A stretch of 64,000 nt of DNA from a virus, in IMG/VR virus record IMGVR_UViG_3300027804_000049, positions 1 to 64,000 of that record, one strand, 5' to 3'. How positions within the stretch are numbered: the stretch's first letter is position 1; the number at the start of each line of letters is the position of its first letter. Shown one piece after another: positions 54,601 to 64,000 of the stretch. Below the pieces are notes generated by a model. The model had not been told where the DNA came from. It searched no databases and was given only the letters and a program-made list of their open reading frames with translations. A program made the position numbers and the translations under genes.

Positions 54601-56254
54601 CGCCGTCTGAACCTTTAACCTTCTTGTTTAAGAAACTTGCAAGAGCTGGGTGTTTATATGGATCAAGCTTAAGCTTAACTCCAGTTAATTTCTCTAGCTC
54701 TTTAAGATAAGGACTCTTTGAAACTTTTTCTATCTGATTTTTTCCAGTAATAACCTTTGGGCCAGATCCGTCCGAGCGAGACTCAAACCCTTCTGTCTTA
54801 TTTGCATCAAATGCGTCACGTTGAGATTTTACCCAGCCTGGCCAATCACCAAGTACTTTTCCCATATCTTCAGAAGTCATTGCTGGAAGAGTTCCAGGAA
54901 TCTTAGCTCCGGGACGATCGATAGGAACGCGAGGTTCACCAAGAATACCTGACGTGTTAAGGGGAGTTATATCTACAGGCGCAGTTTTTTGAGCGCTAAC
55001 TGAAGACTCTGGTTCTGTTGCAGTCGCAGGAACATCTACTACATCTCCTGAATCAAGTTGTACTCTAACACTTTGCTTTTCAGGATCAATTGCTACTATG
55101 TTACCAGATCCGCGTTCGGCGTCTCCACCAACAACTACACGTGATCCTTGCTTTGAAAATCTTCCGGTTTTATCGCGTACTTGTTTTGCAGCTTTTTCAG
55201 ACCTTTCCTCGGGAGTGTAGTCTCCGTCTCCTTCGGTTTCGCCTTCAGCGGCAGCTATAAGCGAGTCAATAAATTCTAAGTCTAACTCGTTAGCTGCAGC
55301 TGCAAATAACTCGGCTTCCTCTTCATCAATGTCAAAAACTGAAACTGGTCTAAATGGATCTTCTTGGAAGCAGGCGCTTAAAAAGAACGCAGACTCTGCA
55401 TCAATTTCAATGTGAACCTTTTCTACTGAAAGACTCTCTTCGTCGTCTAGCGCCATGTCATAGCTAGCAAGGTCTTGGTTTACATCATCTAATGTGTTCC
55501 AAGTTCCTCCGTCCCAGACTTTAACGTCGTAGTTCTCATCAATCTTGTATAGGCGATCAATTCCAGAGCCGTCCATACGCATACGAGCAATAAACTCAAC
55601 TGCTTCTAAATTATGCTCAAACGCGCCTAAGTCCGTAGGGTATCGGGTGTTAACTGCATAATCAAACTCGTCCTCTTGGTATGAGCTGTCTGCGTATCCA
55701 TCTGCGCTTAATGACTTTTTGTTTTCTCTTTCAACGATGGCACGCGCCCATCTCCACGCGGTGTCGCCACCCCAGAGAGCCCACGCAATACGCCCATTTG
55801 ACGGAAAACCGTCTTCTCCTGGCGAGTAACCTTTTGCCTTCTTATCAATCTCATGACGAGGGAAATACTTTGCAATATGACGGACCTTTTCAATTCCAAT
55901 TTGTCCTCCTCTTGAAAGAGTGCGGGCTGTGTTAAGACCTACTGGAGTTCCTCCGCGCTTGTGCTCCTTGCGCCACTCAAGAGCTTTATTTGCCTCCTCT
56001 TGAGCGCCTTTAGGAATTGTGTATAAACGACGAGCGCCACCCAATATACTTACGTCTAATGTAGTAAGTGCGGCACTAGCTAATTCAAGTTGGGAGTCAG
56101 TAATATCTAGATCTTCATCGCTCCATGTAGCAGAGGCAGTTAATGAAGATAAAGCTCCTTGATTAACAACTAAGTTTTCCTCAGAGTTAATCACAACACC
56201 TTGGGTGTCGTTTGAAAAAAGAACAAGAGGTCCGCTTTTTCCTACTACATTCAT
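51629..56254 (-). CDS. Large multidomain capsid maturation protease fusion (1541 aa)
   Basis: ETGDGR..PLMW..GH..GRID..GVSAD..TLV..PAF protease domain, second GH.A.W..SGDWR..VN.PGFP domain, extra domains. Confidence 0.78.
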   Translation of the reverse strand: MNVVGKSGPLVLFSNDTQGVVINSEENLVVNQGALSSLTASATWSDEDLDITDSQLELASAALTTLDVSILGGARRLYTIPKGAQEEANKALEWRKEHKRGGTPVGLNTARTLSRGGQIGIEKVRHIAKYFPRHEIDKKAKGYSPGEDGFPSNGRIAWALWGGDTAWRWARAIVERENKKSLSADGYADSSYQEDEFDYAVNTRYPTDLGAFEHNLEAVEFIARMRMDGSGIDRLYKIDENYDVKVWDGGTWNTLDDVNQDLASYDMALDDEESLSVEKVHIEIDAESAFFLSACFQEDPFRPVSVFDIDEEEAELFAAAANELDLEFIDSLIAAAEGETEGDGDYTPEERSEKAAKQVRDKTGRFSKQGSRVVVGGDAERGSGNIVAIDPEKQSVRVQLDSGDVVDVPATATEPESSVSAQKTAPVDITPLNTSGILGEPRVPIDRPGAKIPGTLPAMTSEDMGKVLGDWPGWVKSQRDAFDANKTEGFESRSDGSGPKVITGKNQIEKVSKSPYLKELEKLTGVKLKLDPYKHPALASFLNKKVKGSDGEYYYPNKMYYQPITSAVSPGESKEISPETSDVQPVFFAVVSDTDPSAVYELVSLVPASSTSTDAMTYIRKDKKWVRDERILADMKSATPPPVVPLDGASLKTVIEQVDGIAPVTASVKDFEFITVLWNGKNGMFLTAAGGLDRNRGNAENLRRYWTIGKGGVIKIRWNTPGDWTRCYRNLKKYMGPRAKGYCALRHKEMTGTWPGSKNNIGKKKRGLLSVDEILQSSILSARAADARRRVLTAAGHLEEETTTAEGAKFKIPLVIPEEIETGDGRTFKKGAIEIRELPLPLMWQIETGEGHNGSVVIGRIDHMERVEGGIGNAHGVFDSGEYGKEAERLISNGFIRGVSADLDQFEASQEVPELAEKDSGKIGADKLVITHARVMAVTLVPKPAFQECQIYLVEDENQEETVIPDGVYVDEMDPVEASALVACGLVAGSIPVVPPRSWFDNPQLDKPTPLTVDDEGRVFGHIAAWHVDHIGMSFGTKPPRSRSNYAYFHTGVVRTDDGTDVPVGQLTLAGGHASLEASAHEAVRHYDDTASAFADVHTGEDAFGIWVSGALRPGTTPEQVRAVRASAPSGDWRPINGKLELVAVCQVNVPGFPIARARVASGAVMALVAAGAGVLARMKADPIADLTSRIQKLEQLEQAELSSKADVARERFTALKEAHAAELSARADALYSRVFGVQKFDDEFGYISRERRQKLAKKGYALKDGSYPITNIDSLKDSIQAYGRSKPGKRAAVRRHIMKRARQLDRPDLIPDKWKSLSSQELGEEVAYLRERIAMIASLETAGMAYSNEEQNDLGKASAAEFAEVTDVQAGKYVPGKTQPRDAKGKFRQVLARIKQDLGDVGLDKVVDKIEKAENLDNAGNYMEAARAAGDVISIVDRIDTRALNPDSIENIRTSARALGETIANLPLPFGSDTEKIRYSDLPPALKGLIEDMIPRVEEKIGKDEADEATTGLKSFMSGGDYFSQAEISSELSKLLRLLT

Positions 56255-57201
56255 GCCTGCTCTTTTCCTGTCTCATCAGTGACTGGTCCGCCCGCAATCC
56301 ATGCATCGCATGTGCGCGAGGCGGCACACTTAAAGTCAAGGGCCTCGCAATATCCTAATTCGCCTTGAACCACCACGTCATAGGAATCTTCAACGTTTCC
56401 GCCGCCTTGCTGTAGGCCTTGGGCAATACAGTCCTTCATCTTAGAGGTAATAATAAACGCAGCACAGTTACCACATCTGCTTGTTTTAGCATCTTCAATA
56501 GAAACGCTCCAACGAGTTGCCTTTTTCTGCCAAAACTCGTCGTTAGGCTCCTGTGGATTTAATGGGCCATAACCAATGTTGTCAATTGCGTTTTGGCGGT
56601 TTTTAAGATTTAGTTGAATATCCTGAGTTGCAGGAGGGCAGGCGTCTCCCTCTGCTGCCGCAACAACTGGCTCTTCAGACTTTTCTCCATCGAGGTACTT
56701 AACAAGATAATCATAAGGTCCGTTTGGATCAACTGACCCTAGCGTTGCAAACATGAGCTCAGTCATGCCATCAGCTGTAATTTTTTGGTCAGGGTCCTCG
56801 CTTGAAAGTTGATCATACAAATCTGGATAATCTGCAAACACCTGATCAATTTCATCGTAGGTTTTAACGTCCATTTGTTGGCGACTATCACTATAACTTG
56901 CCTCTCGTACTCTTTTAAGTTGTACCTTTTCAGAGTCTGTGGCAAGTTTTAAGCTCGACTCTTCAAAGGGTTTTGAGAATCTAAAATTTCTTAAGTTGAA
57001 TGTGGCAATGTCAAGAAGATACTCAATGTCTAGATCTTGTCCTTCCTTGACCTTACTCATAACAAGGTTTACTCTTTTTACTGGGTCAAAGATTTGACGT
57101 TCCTTATCTTCAAAGACATAGACAAATTTTTTGCTATCTGCAGCTATAGAAAACACATGAGTGCCATCACTCAAATCGTAAGCTCTAATTACCTTTACCA
57201 T
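56251..57201 (-). CDS. Head-region protein with Cys-rich C-terminal domain
   Basis: CPPATQD..YGP.NP..CGNC..GYC..FKC...RTCDAW. Confidence 0.65.
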   Translation of the reverse strand: MVKVIRAYDLSDGTHVFSIAADSKKFVYVFEDKERQIFDPVKRVNLVMSKVKEGQDLDIEYLLDIATFNLRNFRFSKPFEESSLKLATDSEKVQLKRVREASYSDSRQQMDVKTYDEIDQVFADYPDLYDQLSSEDPDQKITADGMTELMFATLGSVDPNGPYDYLVKYLDGEKSEEPVVAAAEGDACPPATQDIQLNLKNRQNAIDNIGYGPLNPQEPNDEFWQKKATRWSVSIEDAKTSRCGNCAAFIITSKMKDCIAQGLQQGGGNVEDSYDVVVQGELGYCEALDFKCAASRTCDAWIAGGPVTDETGKEQA

Positions 57202-57212
57202 AGTGTCTCTCC

Positions 57213-60200
57213 TTAGTCCCAGTACTCTAGATCCATTACGTTTTCAAGTGCCTTGTATTCGTTGGTGCCTTTAGTTGTAAGAGATTTTAAGCGCGCAGTC
57301 ATAGCGTCCTTAAAGGCATCATAAGTTCCCCACTTTTCAATGATCTTATCCATTTCAAAACCTTTAGGTTGATATAAGGGGTTATTAAGATTTCTTACAA
57401 TCTTGTCTGTTTCATTCTTATAAATCTTTATCATACCTTCTTGCCCAATGCGACGTAGCATCACTGGAATGTGCTCAAGGTACACATCTGCTTCTTGTAT
57501 TGTTCCACCTTGGAAATATTCCTCTATAGAAGTAGTGTCTTTCTTAAGCTCACCAACTGTGTTATCAACTGGGAATATGCGAAGCTTATTGGTTACTTGA
57601 TCAAATGCTACCATCCAGTTTCCATCATGTCTATCTTGGTTGTTTCCAAGCATATCAAGTATTGACATTCTAATTAAGTCTTCCGGTGCATCAAGAGAAG
57701 TTACAAACGTAACTGGATTAGAAACGTTTACATCTTCACCTCTTGCGTTTTTTACTCCCTTACGAAACGCTGTTGATGCGTTGACTGCTTCATTTACTAA
57801 TGGAATCACAGATCCTGCACGGCTCATCACAACCATGTTGCGGTCATTTCTTCCTACTCGCACATCGTGGATACCTTGCATCCCTGCTGCCTTTAGTAGT
57901 ATTGATGCCTCAAGCTCAGTTACTCCTGCATCTGTGTCTGAAAAATTAGAAACAAAGTTATCATTTTTCACGTAAAAGACTTGCCCGCTTGCGATATGTG
58001 TTACTTCAAATGTAGCATTTACTCCAGACTCGACACCACTGAGCTGGCGAGCGCTAAATCCAGAGTCTTTTAGCTTTGTGCCACTGCCGCCTACGTCATC
58101 AAAAAAGTCTTGTACTCTCAGTTGAGAAAGCACCTCTGCAGAGTTAAACGGATCTGAGTATCCATGGTCAGCTATGTATTCGTTCGTAAGACCTTCACGT
58201 AAGCGAAAAACATCATCTAATGGCATACTTCTGTCTTTGTCTAAAATCTGTTGACTTATATAGTCATTAAGAGCATTTTTTGCACTTGGAGACAAAGTAG
58301 CAAGTGATCTATTGTTTCTTATAACGTCGCGTATTTGGCTGTAGTAAGGGGAAACTTGTGGGCTATTTCTAAAGGCGTCTGACTCAATTACAGCAATGCC
58401 ATCTGAGGAAACATTGGGTATGTTTTGCTTAGACTTAACACGTTTTTCAGCATTTCCTATTTGACTATTGTTTGCTGCTTGAACTTGTTCTTTAGCAGTA
58501 GGCTCTAGGTTTTTAGTTCCGTTCCAGCTTTCACTTATCAGTACTCTTTTACCTAGCCAGTCATTAGCGCCTGGACGCCAACCTACGCGTGCAAATTCCA
58601 TAGGAGTTGGCACCCTAGACATATCATATTCACCATTTGGCAATTTAGCTGCTTTAAGTTTTTCAACTAAAATTTCAACGTCACTTTCTTCTTCTTTATT
58701 TCTTACTTGTCTTCTAAAGTCTGACATGTTTATAATTTCTGCACTATTTTTCCAGTTAAATCCACTTAGTGCCCAGACAAATCCGCCTTGGTATTCTCTT
58801 CCACCTGCAGCGTAGACTTCTACTTTTTTAATCCCGTTTGCAATGTACCAATTTTCTGTGTAACGATTAAACGCAGTTGCAAATCCTGTCTTTTTACGAC
58901 CAACTCTGAGATACTGATTTTTAGCGTATGAGTCTGCTATTACAACGTTTCCATTTTCATCTACCTTTTTCTTTACTACCAGGTAGCGCTGTATCTCACC
59001 TACGGCTGTACCAGACACATCTCTTACTACCATACTTGTATTTATTGTGTAATCAAATCTTCCATTTGCTATCTCTTCTTCAGTAGCTCCTGAAAGTGGC
59101 GTAACATTAGTACTTAAATTGTTAATTGATAATGAAAATAATTCTCCGCCAAATGTGACACCTTCGCGAACTCCGTATATGTCGCCAACTATCTCTGTTA
59201 GACGATCTTTTGCCTCACGAGATGCAGCAGCGTCACCTTCATTAAGTATACGTGAAAAAGTGGAGACTTGTTCTTCCAAACTTTTTAGTGATATGCGCTC
59301 ATTAGCAGCTTTTGCAATTTCTGCATCCCGTGAGCCCCAGGCTGAAAAATCAGATTGAACTGCATCTTTATTTGTGCGGTCTTTGATGTAGTCAGGAATG
59401 GTGCTATCATCATTAACTCCAGCAGTCTCGCCTGAGCGAGCTATGCGCGGAGGCGCTGCTACAGGCGCATCAAGGCGTTCTTGAACATCTCTTGCAGACG
59501 GCTGTGATTCTGCTTCTACTACTGTAGGAGCTTTTCCACTTGCATCTGAAATTGCAAGCACCTTTGACGCAGAACGCACCGCGGTGCTTCCATCATCAAA
59601 TCTAATACGTAAGTACTCTGGATCGTTTTGTACTGCTACAACAGTTCCAACTTGTCCGTCCTTTAATGCTTTAACGCGCGCGCCTTTACCAACCACAGCA
59701 CCATCGCGATCTCTAGTGGTGTTGTTTGGAGAGTACCCTGGTTCTTTAGGTCCTGGGTACACGTACTGTGGAGCTGCAGGAGCTGCAGGAGCTGCAGGAG
59801 CTTCAGGTTCAGGAGTTGCAGGAGTTTCTTCTTCTTTTTCTTCCGCATCAACGTTTGTTTGATAGATGCTTTCACGCTCTTGAGGAGTAAGATCTCTCCA
59901 GCCAGCTTGGCCAGCTCCTCTTGGATCTGAGAACCAGTCTTGTGAAACTGTAAGCTTTGTAATCGAACCATCGCGTGCAATATAAAGGTCTTCCCATGGA
60001 TCAACGTATGCAAGTGATCCGTCAGAAGGTAGATACGAAATTACGTTAATTCCGCTTGGAAATAAGTCGTTTCCAATGTCATAAAAATCTTTTATTGCAT
60101 CAATGTTATCATTAAACATATTTGCTACTTGAGGTGACTCAGGTACTTGAGCTGGCTCGGGTGCTTCTTCAAAGTCATTTGATTCTCTGCTAATTCGCTC

Positions 60201-62402
60201 TAATACATCATTTGTATTGATGCCTTGTAATTGAAGTGCGTCACGAATTCCTTCGACTGGAACTTCGTATGTTCCTGTGTCGAGATTATCTGGATTATAG
60301 ATTAAAAATACAGATCCTGATCCGTCTGTAATTGCAATCTCAAATTGCTCAAGCAAATCTGCTGTAATAAACTCTCGCGCGATGTACTCTGGATTGTCAG
60401 AGTATCCATTTTCATCCAAGTCCGCAACGCTTGGCTCATACGGATTAGGATCAATAGCATAGTAGTCAGTGTTACCACCAAAATCATTTGGAATATTGTA
60501 AATTAACTCACCTGGAAGAGGGCTTTGCTCGCCTGCGCTGTCATCTCTCTCTAGAGGGTTTGCTGCCTTTTGCTCTATCTCTTCTGGTGTTGATGATTCC
60601 TTAATTTGAGAGATTTCTTCAAATATGTCATCAATTAACGCTTGTTCATCTGGGTCTGGTTTTCCGCCCGCTGCGTCATGTAACTTGTTTAGGTTGTTGC
60701 GATTCCCATTAACTGCGTCATAAGCATTTGCAATAACGCGATTAGGATCTCCACCTGCTAAAAATATTGCGTTATATAAAGCTTCAGCTGGAACAAATTC
60801 GTCACCTTTATTAAATTCTAGCTGTCCTGCCCCGCTACCATTTGCGCGTCCTGCAGCAGGGGCAGGAGAGTCGACAACATCATCAACTTCTTCAAGTTCT
60901 AGTAACTCACCGTCATCGCCAATGCTTGACTCAATAATTTCGTTAAAAATCGCATCGTCTCTGTCGCCAATTAACGCTTGAGTAAGCGCGACACTGAGTT
61001 GAGGAAGTGTGTACTTCACCGCTAGACGGTCTGGGTCGTCTGTAAAGTCTGTTGATTCTTCGTCAACGCGACCATCAGGCTCAAAGTCAACTGTGCGTAA
61101 TTGAAATGCGCCGCTAGGAACATCAAACTCATTGAAAAGTGCAGGAGCATTAGGTGCGCTAAGATTTTGTGGAATTACAGCTTTAGGCTCTCCATCTTGA
61201 GCTTTAACACTTTCCTTAAACTTGTCATAGTCAGGCGAGTCCTTCTCTGCAAGAGATTGTGCCTCTGCCCATGATTCAACATCTCCAACCTTGTCACCAG
61301 TATTTCCGTCCTTATCAAGACGATGAAGTGCAAAGCCAGACTCATTTGGAATTAGCTTATAATCATCATCAGATGTGAAAGACCCATCGTCCTGTTTTGT
61401 CCATCCTGTAGGCGCATCAACCTTTGTCTTAAGTAGGTCGTCAAGAGTTGGAATATCTTTAGAGGAAGCTTCCTTTGCGGTTGGCTTACGGGTTGATGGC
61501 TCTCTACTTATCTTTTCTCTCTTTAAAGTTTCTTTTGATATACGCGCCTTAACTGGAGTGGCATTAGCGCTTTCAATCGAGTAAATTCCGTCTGGTATCG
61601 TGTTATCTCCACGAACTTCAATATAACCTGCATTAACTATTTCCTTACCTTCAAATATTGAATATCCACTATTAGCATTTATACCAACAAAATTTCCTGC
61701 CGCATTTCCAATATCTCCATTAGGAAGTCTAAAGTTAAAGTTAAGTCCTCGACCCATTTCGACCCAACGTCCATAACGGTCACGCCACTGCAATGCAACA
61801 CGCGCACGACGGGCCACACTTGAGTTTCCACTTGAAAAACCAAATGCAGCTACTAAAGTTTTAATTGGACTATCATCAATCTTAAAGAATGAAGAAACCG
61901 CTCCTGCCAGTGTAACGCGTAAGCGAGCAAATGCGTGGCGACGTTGAATTGATCCTGGCTCAAGCGAGTGAGCGGTTGCAATTAAAGGACGAACTGAGTT
62001 ATCAATAGACGGATCTGACGAAAGCCATTGAGCGTATCTTTCTTGAGCAATATCACTTGATGCAGTTACATTTAATAAGGACCTAGGGTGGCCAATTGGT
62101 AGTAGGTCAATATTAGATGAATACTCGTATGCCTTAAACGTATCTTGATGTGCTGTAATAAACTTTGCAACCTCGCGAAGTACGCCAAGCTCGCGTGACT
62201 TATCTGACAACGATGAAAGACTGGCATTTGCGCGATTCATAACTGTAAGCGCATTGCGAGGAATAACTCGACGCTCAATTGGAGTGTTCTTATTTGCCTC
62301 TGCTACAAGAGATAAAACCTTTTTACGAAGAGATAAAGGTTTATATCCCTTTGGGTAGATTGCCTTACGATCTACCATCTTACTTATTAACTCTTCGTAC
62401 AT
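57213..62402 (-). CDS. Polyvalent protein (1729 aa): SH3-like, GNAT-like and PI3K/HipA-like kinase domains
   Basis: FYVK, E.EAS, DRHDGNW, PVDN; G.A..F..GI..V.V.A..GG.VWA..GF.W. Confidence 0.7.
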   Translation of the reverse strand: MYEELISKMVDRKAIYPKGYKPLSLRKKVLSLVAEANKNTPIERRVIPRNALTVMNRANASLSSLSDKSRELGVLREVAKFITAHQDTFKAYEYSSNIDLLPIGHPRSLLNVTASSDIAQERYAQWLSSDPSIDNSVRPLIATAHSLEPGSIQRRHAFARLRVTLAGAVSSFFKIDDSPIKTLVAAFGFSSGNSSVARRARVALQWRDRYGRWVEMGRGLNFNFRLPNGDIGNAAGNFVGINANSGYSIFEGKEIVNAGYIEVRGDNTIPDGIYSIESANATPVKARISKETLKREKISREPSTRKPTAKEASSKDIPTLDDLLKTKVDAPTGWTKQDDGSFTSDDDYKLIPNESGFALHRLDKDGNTGDKVGDVESWAEAQSLAEKDSPDYDKFKESVKAQDGEPKAVIPQNLSAPNAPALFNEFDVPSGAFQLRTVDFEPDGRVDEESTDFTDDPDRLAVKYTLPQLSVALTQALIGDRDDAIFNEIIESSIGDDGELLELEEVDDVVDSPAPAAGRANGSGAGQLEFNKGDEFVPAEALYNAIFLAGGDPNRVIANAYDAVNGNRNNLNKLHDAAGGKPDPDEQALIDDIFEEISQIKESSTPEEIEQKAANPLERDDSAGEQSPLPGELIYNIPNDFGGNTDYYAIDPNPYEPSVADLDENGYSDNPEYIAREFITADLLEQFEIAITDGSGSVFLIYNPDNLDTGTYEVPVEGIRDALQLQGINTNDVLERISRESNDFEEAPEPAQVPESPQVANMFNDNIDAIKDFYDIGNDLFPSGINVISYLPSDGSLAYVDPWEDLYIARDGSITKLTVSQDWFSDPRGAGQAGWRDLTPQERESIYQTNVDAEEKEEETPATPEPEAPAAPAAPAAPQYVYPGPKEPGYSPNNTTRDRDGAVVGKGARVKALKDGQVGTVVAVQNDPEYLRIRFDDGSTAVRSASKVLAISDASGKAPTVVEAESQPSARDVQERLDAPVAAPPRIARSGETAGVNDDSTIPDYIKDRTNKDAVQSDFSAWGSRDAEIAKAANERISLKSLEEQVSTFSRILNEGDAAASREAKDRLTEIVGDIYGVREGVTFGGELFSLSINNLSTNVTPLSGATEEEIANGRFDYTINTSMVVRDVSGTAVGEIQRYLVVKKKVDENGNVVIADSYAKNQYLRVGRKKTGFATAFNRYTENWYIANGIKKVEVYAAGGREYQGGFVWALSGFNWKNSAEIINMSDFRRQVRNKEEESDVEILVEKLKAAKLPNGEYDMSRVPTPMEFARVGWRPGANDWLGKRVLISESWNGTKNLEPTAKEQVQAANNSQIGNAEKRVKSKQNIPNVSSDGIAVIESDAFRNSPQVSPYYSQIRDVIRNNRSLATLSPSAKNALNDYISQQILDKDRSMPLDDVFRLREGLTNEYIADHGYSDPFNSAEVLSQLRVQDFFDDVGGSGTKLKDSGFSARQLSGVESGVNATFEVTHIASGQVFYVKNDNFVSNFSDTDAGVTELEASILLKAAGMQGIHDVRVGRNDRNMVVMSRAGSVIPLVNEAVNASTAFRKGVKNARGEDVNVSNPVTFVTSLDAPEDLIRMSILDMLGNNQDRHDGNWMVAFDQVTNKLRIFPVDNTVGELKKDTTSIEEYFQGGTIQEADVYLEHIPVMLRRIGQEGMIKIYKNETDKIVRNLNNPLYQPKGFEMDKIIEKWGTYDAFKDAMTARLKSLTTKGTNEYKALENVMDLEYWD

Positions 62403-63796
62403 TAGCTATATTTTTTCTTTGGAAGCAGATCTGCATCTTGCGAGTCATAAAGATCTGTTGCAAGTTCATATGCTCTACTAAATGGAACGTCTCCGTCACG
62501 AACACCGCGTAGCCATGCACCGCGCAACGCAGGAATTATCTCGTAGCCAAGACCGGAGTACTCTGCCATCGAGTAAATTGCATGCTCTGGAGAACCGTAT
62601 TCATCAAGTGACTTTAATGCAACCTGCATAAGCTCATGCTGCATCATTGAAGCCTCTGCCCTTGAGGACTTTGGATGTGCCTTTGGTAAAAGATCATTGT
62701 CCTGCTTGTAATTTGGATTTGCAGGAGACCCTGAGCGTAAAAGTTTTAGAAACGCGTTAACGCGAGCCATGGCCCAGCCGTCGCGAGTCATGCCTGGTCT
62801 ATGGCTAGATGAAAATGCGCCTGACCCTCTGCGATACACTGCCTTTAACATTGGTAACGTTGCCTTACGTCCTGGCTTTGCGTTCTTGTTGTGCTCTACT
62901 ATCTTTTTACGAAGTGAATTTTCTGTTTTTTGTGAGAATACAATTTTCTTTCCACCTGAGGCTGATCCCTTTGGATTTTTCTTTGATCCGTAGATGCGGT
63001 CTTTTTTAGGAGCGCGGCGCGATGCTGCAAGTGAGCTGTCCGCTGCATCAACAGGAACACAGTTTGGAACCATGTTTCCGTTCTTGCCCTTCTTCATTCC
63101 GACTTGCTTGTATCCGTCCCAACAAGGGCTCTTTCCAGCTGCAATTAAGGCGTTGTACTCTTCGTATGAGCTTAGATCATCAAATGCCTCATTAAAGGCA
63201 TCAACGCTTGCCGTATCTTTACTGCCTGCGGTAACAACTCCGTCAGGAATCAACGCGAAGCGGCAGTAGCCTTCTGGCTCAACCTCGGCGGCAATAATCT
63301 TACACTCGCTGCCGCCAACATATAAAATACAGTTGGCGCACTTAACGCCAATCTCCTTGTTTTCATTATTAGCGGCAGATTCATATCCTGCCCAAACACC
63401 TGTGTCATCAGAGTTAAACTTTCCATATTTTTGAGTAATTTCAATAAGCGCGTCGGCAAGATCTTGCTCCTCAGGAACAACAATTCCTGCAGCTAATAAA
63501 GCGTCCTCCTGCTCAATCTTAAATGTTTCATACATCTCGTCGCGAGCGTGATCGTCGTAGTCTTCGCTATACACGTTTATCGACTTCATACGCATTGGAC
63601 ACATACATGTAATTGGGCAAGGGCATTGACCTGACGGACAATTTTCGCATGAACAGTCGTTTTCATCGCAGTAAAGGCAGTCATCAACAGCTGCCTGTTC
63701 GTCCATATCAGACGAGTCTTCATTTATCTTTGAATAAAGATCTGCCATACGTAGCAAAAGCTCAGCTGCTTCTTGCTTGGTGTTATCGTCATGCAT
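62402..63796 (-). CDS. Multidomain Cys-rich head-region protein
   Basis: Likely ATG at 63796 (GAGG upstream); 9-Cys cluster, CANC..C..GYC, CWDGY..VPNCVP, basic C-terminal domain. Confidence 0.65.
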   Translation of the reverse strand: MHDDNTKQEAAELLLRMADLYSKINEDSSDMDEQAAVDDCLYCDENDCSCENCPSGQCPCPITCMCPMRMKSINVYSEDYDDHARDEMYETFKIEQEDALLAAGIVVPEEQDLADALIEITQKYGKFNSDDTGVWAGYESAANNENKEIGVKCANCILYVGGSECKIIAAEVEPEGYCRFALIPDGVVTAGSKDTASVDAFNEAFDDLSSYEEYNALIAAGKSPCWDGYKQVGMKKGKNGNMVPNCVPVDAADSSLAASRRAPKKDRIYGSKKNPKGSASGGKKIVFSQKTENSLRKKIVEHNKNAKPGRKATLPMLKAVYRRGSGAFSSSHRPGMTRDGWAMARVNAFLKLLRSGSPANPNYKQDNDLLPKAHPKSSRAEASMMQHELMQVALKSLDEYGSPEHAIYSMAEYSGLGYEIIPALRGAWLRGVRDGDVPFSRAYELATDLYDSQDADLLPKKKYS

Positions 63797-64000
63797 TTGG
63801 AGGTACCTCATTTGGGGGAGTTGCTTGCTCTGGTGTTGCTGGTGTTGCTGGTGTTTGTTGTGCTGCCTGCTCTAAGATTTGTTCAATCTCTGGTGGAACT
63901 GGCGCTATGGATTGTGCCTGTTGAACTTCGCGAAGCTTATTCATAAGTTCAGGTGATACTGCACTTATCATCTGCTCGGTAAGCTCTGGTGATATTGAAC
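63789..64000 (-). CDS. C-terminal end of an upstream gene (probably portal), truncated
   Basis: Frame is open to the window edge; Pro/Gln/Ala tail; portal call rests on gene order only. Confidence 0.45.
   Translation of the reverse strand, partial: SISPELTEQMISAVSPELMNKLREVQQAQSIAPVPPEIEQILEQAAQQTPATPATPEQATPPNEVPPNA

Overview
64 kb slice of a tailed dsDNA phage (siphovirus-type), most likely infecting an Actinobacterium (WhiB, MSMEG_6728-like protein, mycobacteriophage cluster-B-like head/tail genes; GC looks mid-40s% by eye, compatible with freshwater low-GC actinobacteria, which is inference). Three blocks. (1) 1-15242, + strand: Gly-X-Thr collagen-like fibres, two ~0.8 kb fibre-tip/chaperone cassettes with DNA-conserved flanks, beta-propeller proteins and two glycosyltransferases, one resembling the N-terminal domain of animal procollagen galactosyltransferase. 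(2) 15231-34500, - strand: replication and DNA-modification region with a WbpB/E/D-like amino-sugar trio, WhiB, an atypical C5-cytosine methyltransferase (eroded SAM motifs, motif X Asn->Lys), a gp56-like dCTPase/dUTPase, two GT-B-like transferases, SSB, Sak4-like ATPase, Cas4-like nuclease, SNF2 helicase, RuvC, PolA, dCMP deaminase, a dCMP-type thymidylate synthase homologue and a kinase-UDG fusion. (3) 34564-64000, - strand: virion genes (tail, tape measure, pentamer/hexamer capsid, giant protease fusion, polyvalent GNAT+kinase protein, probable portal end). Best candidates for a new system: a cytosine hypermodification pathway possibly using an acetamido-sugar plus a non-canonical C5 transferase; virion collagen glycosylation; and exchangeable tail-tip cassettes. 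All family assignments are from motif recognition and memory; no searches were run.
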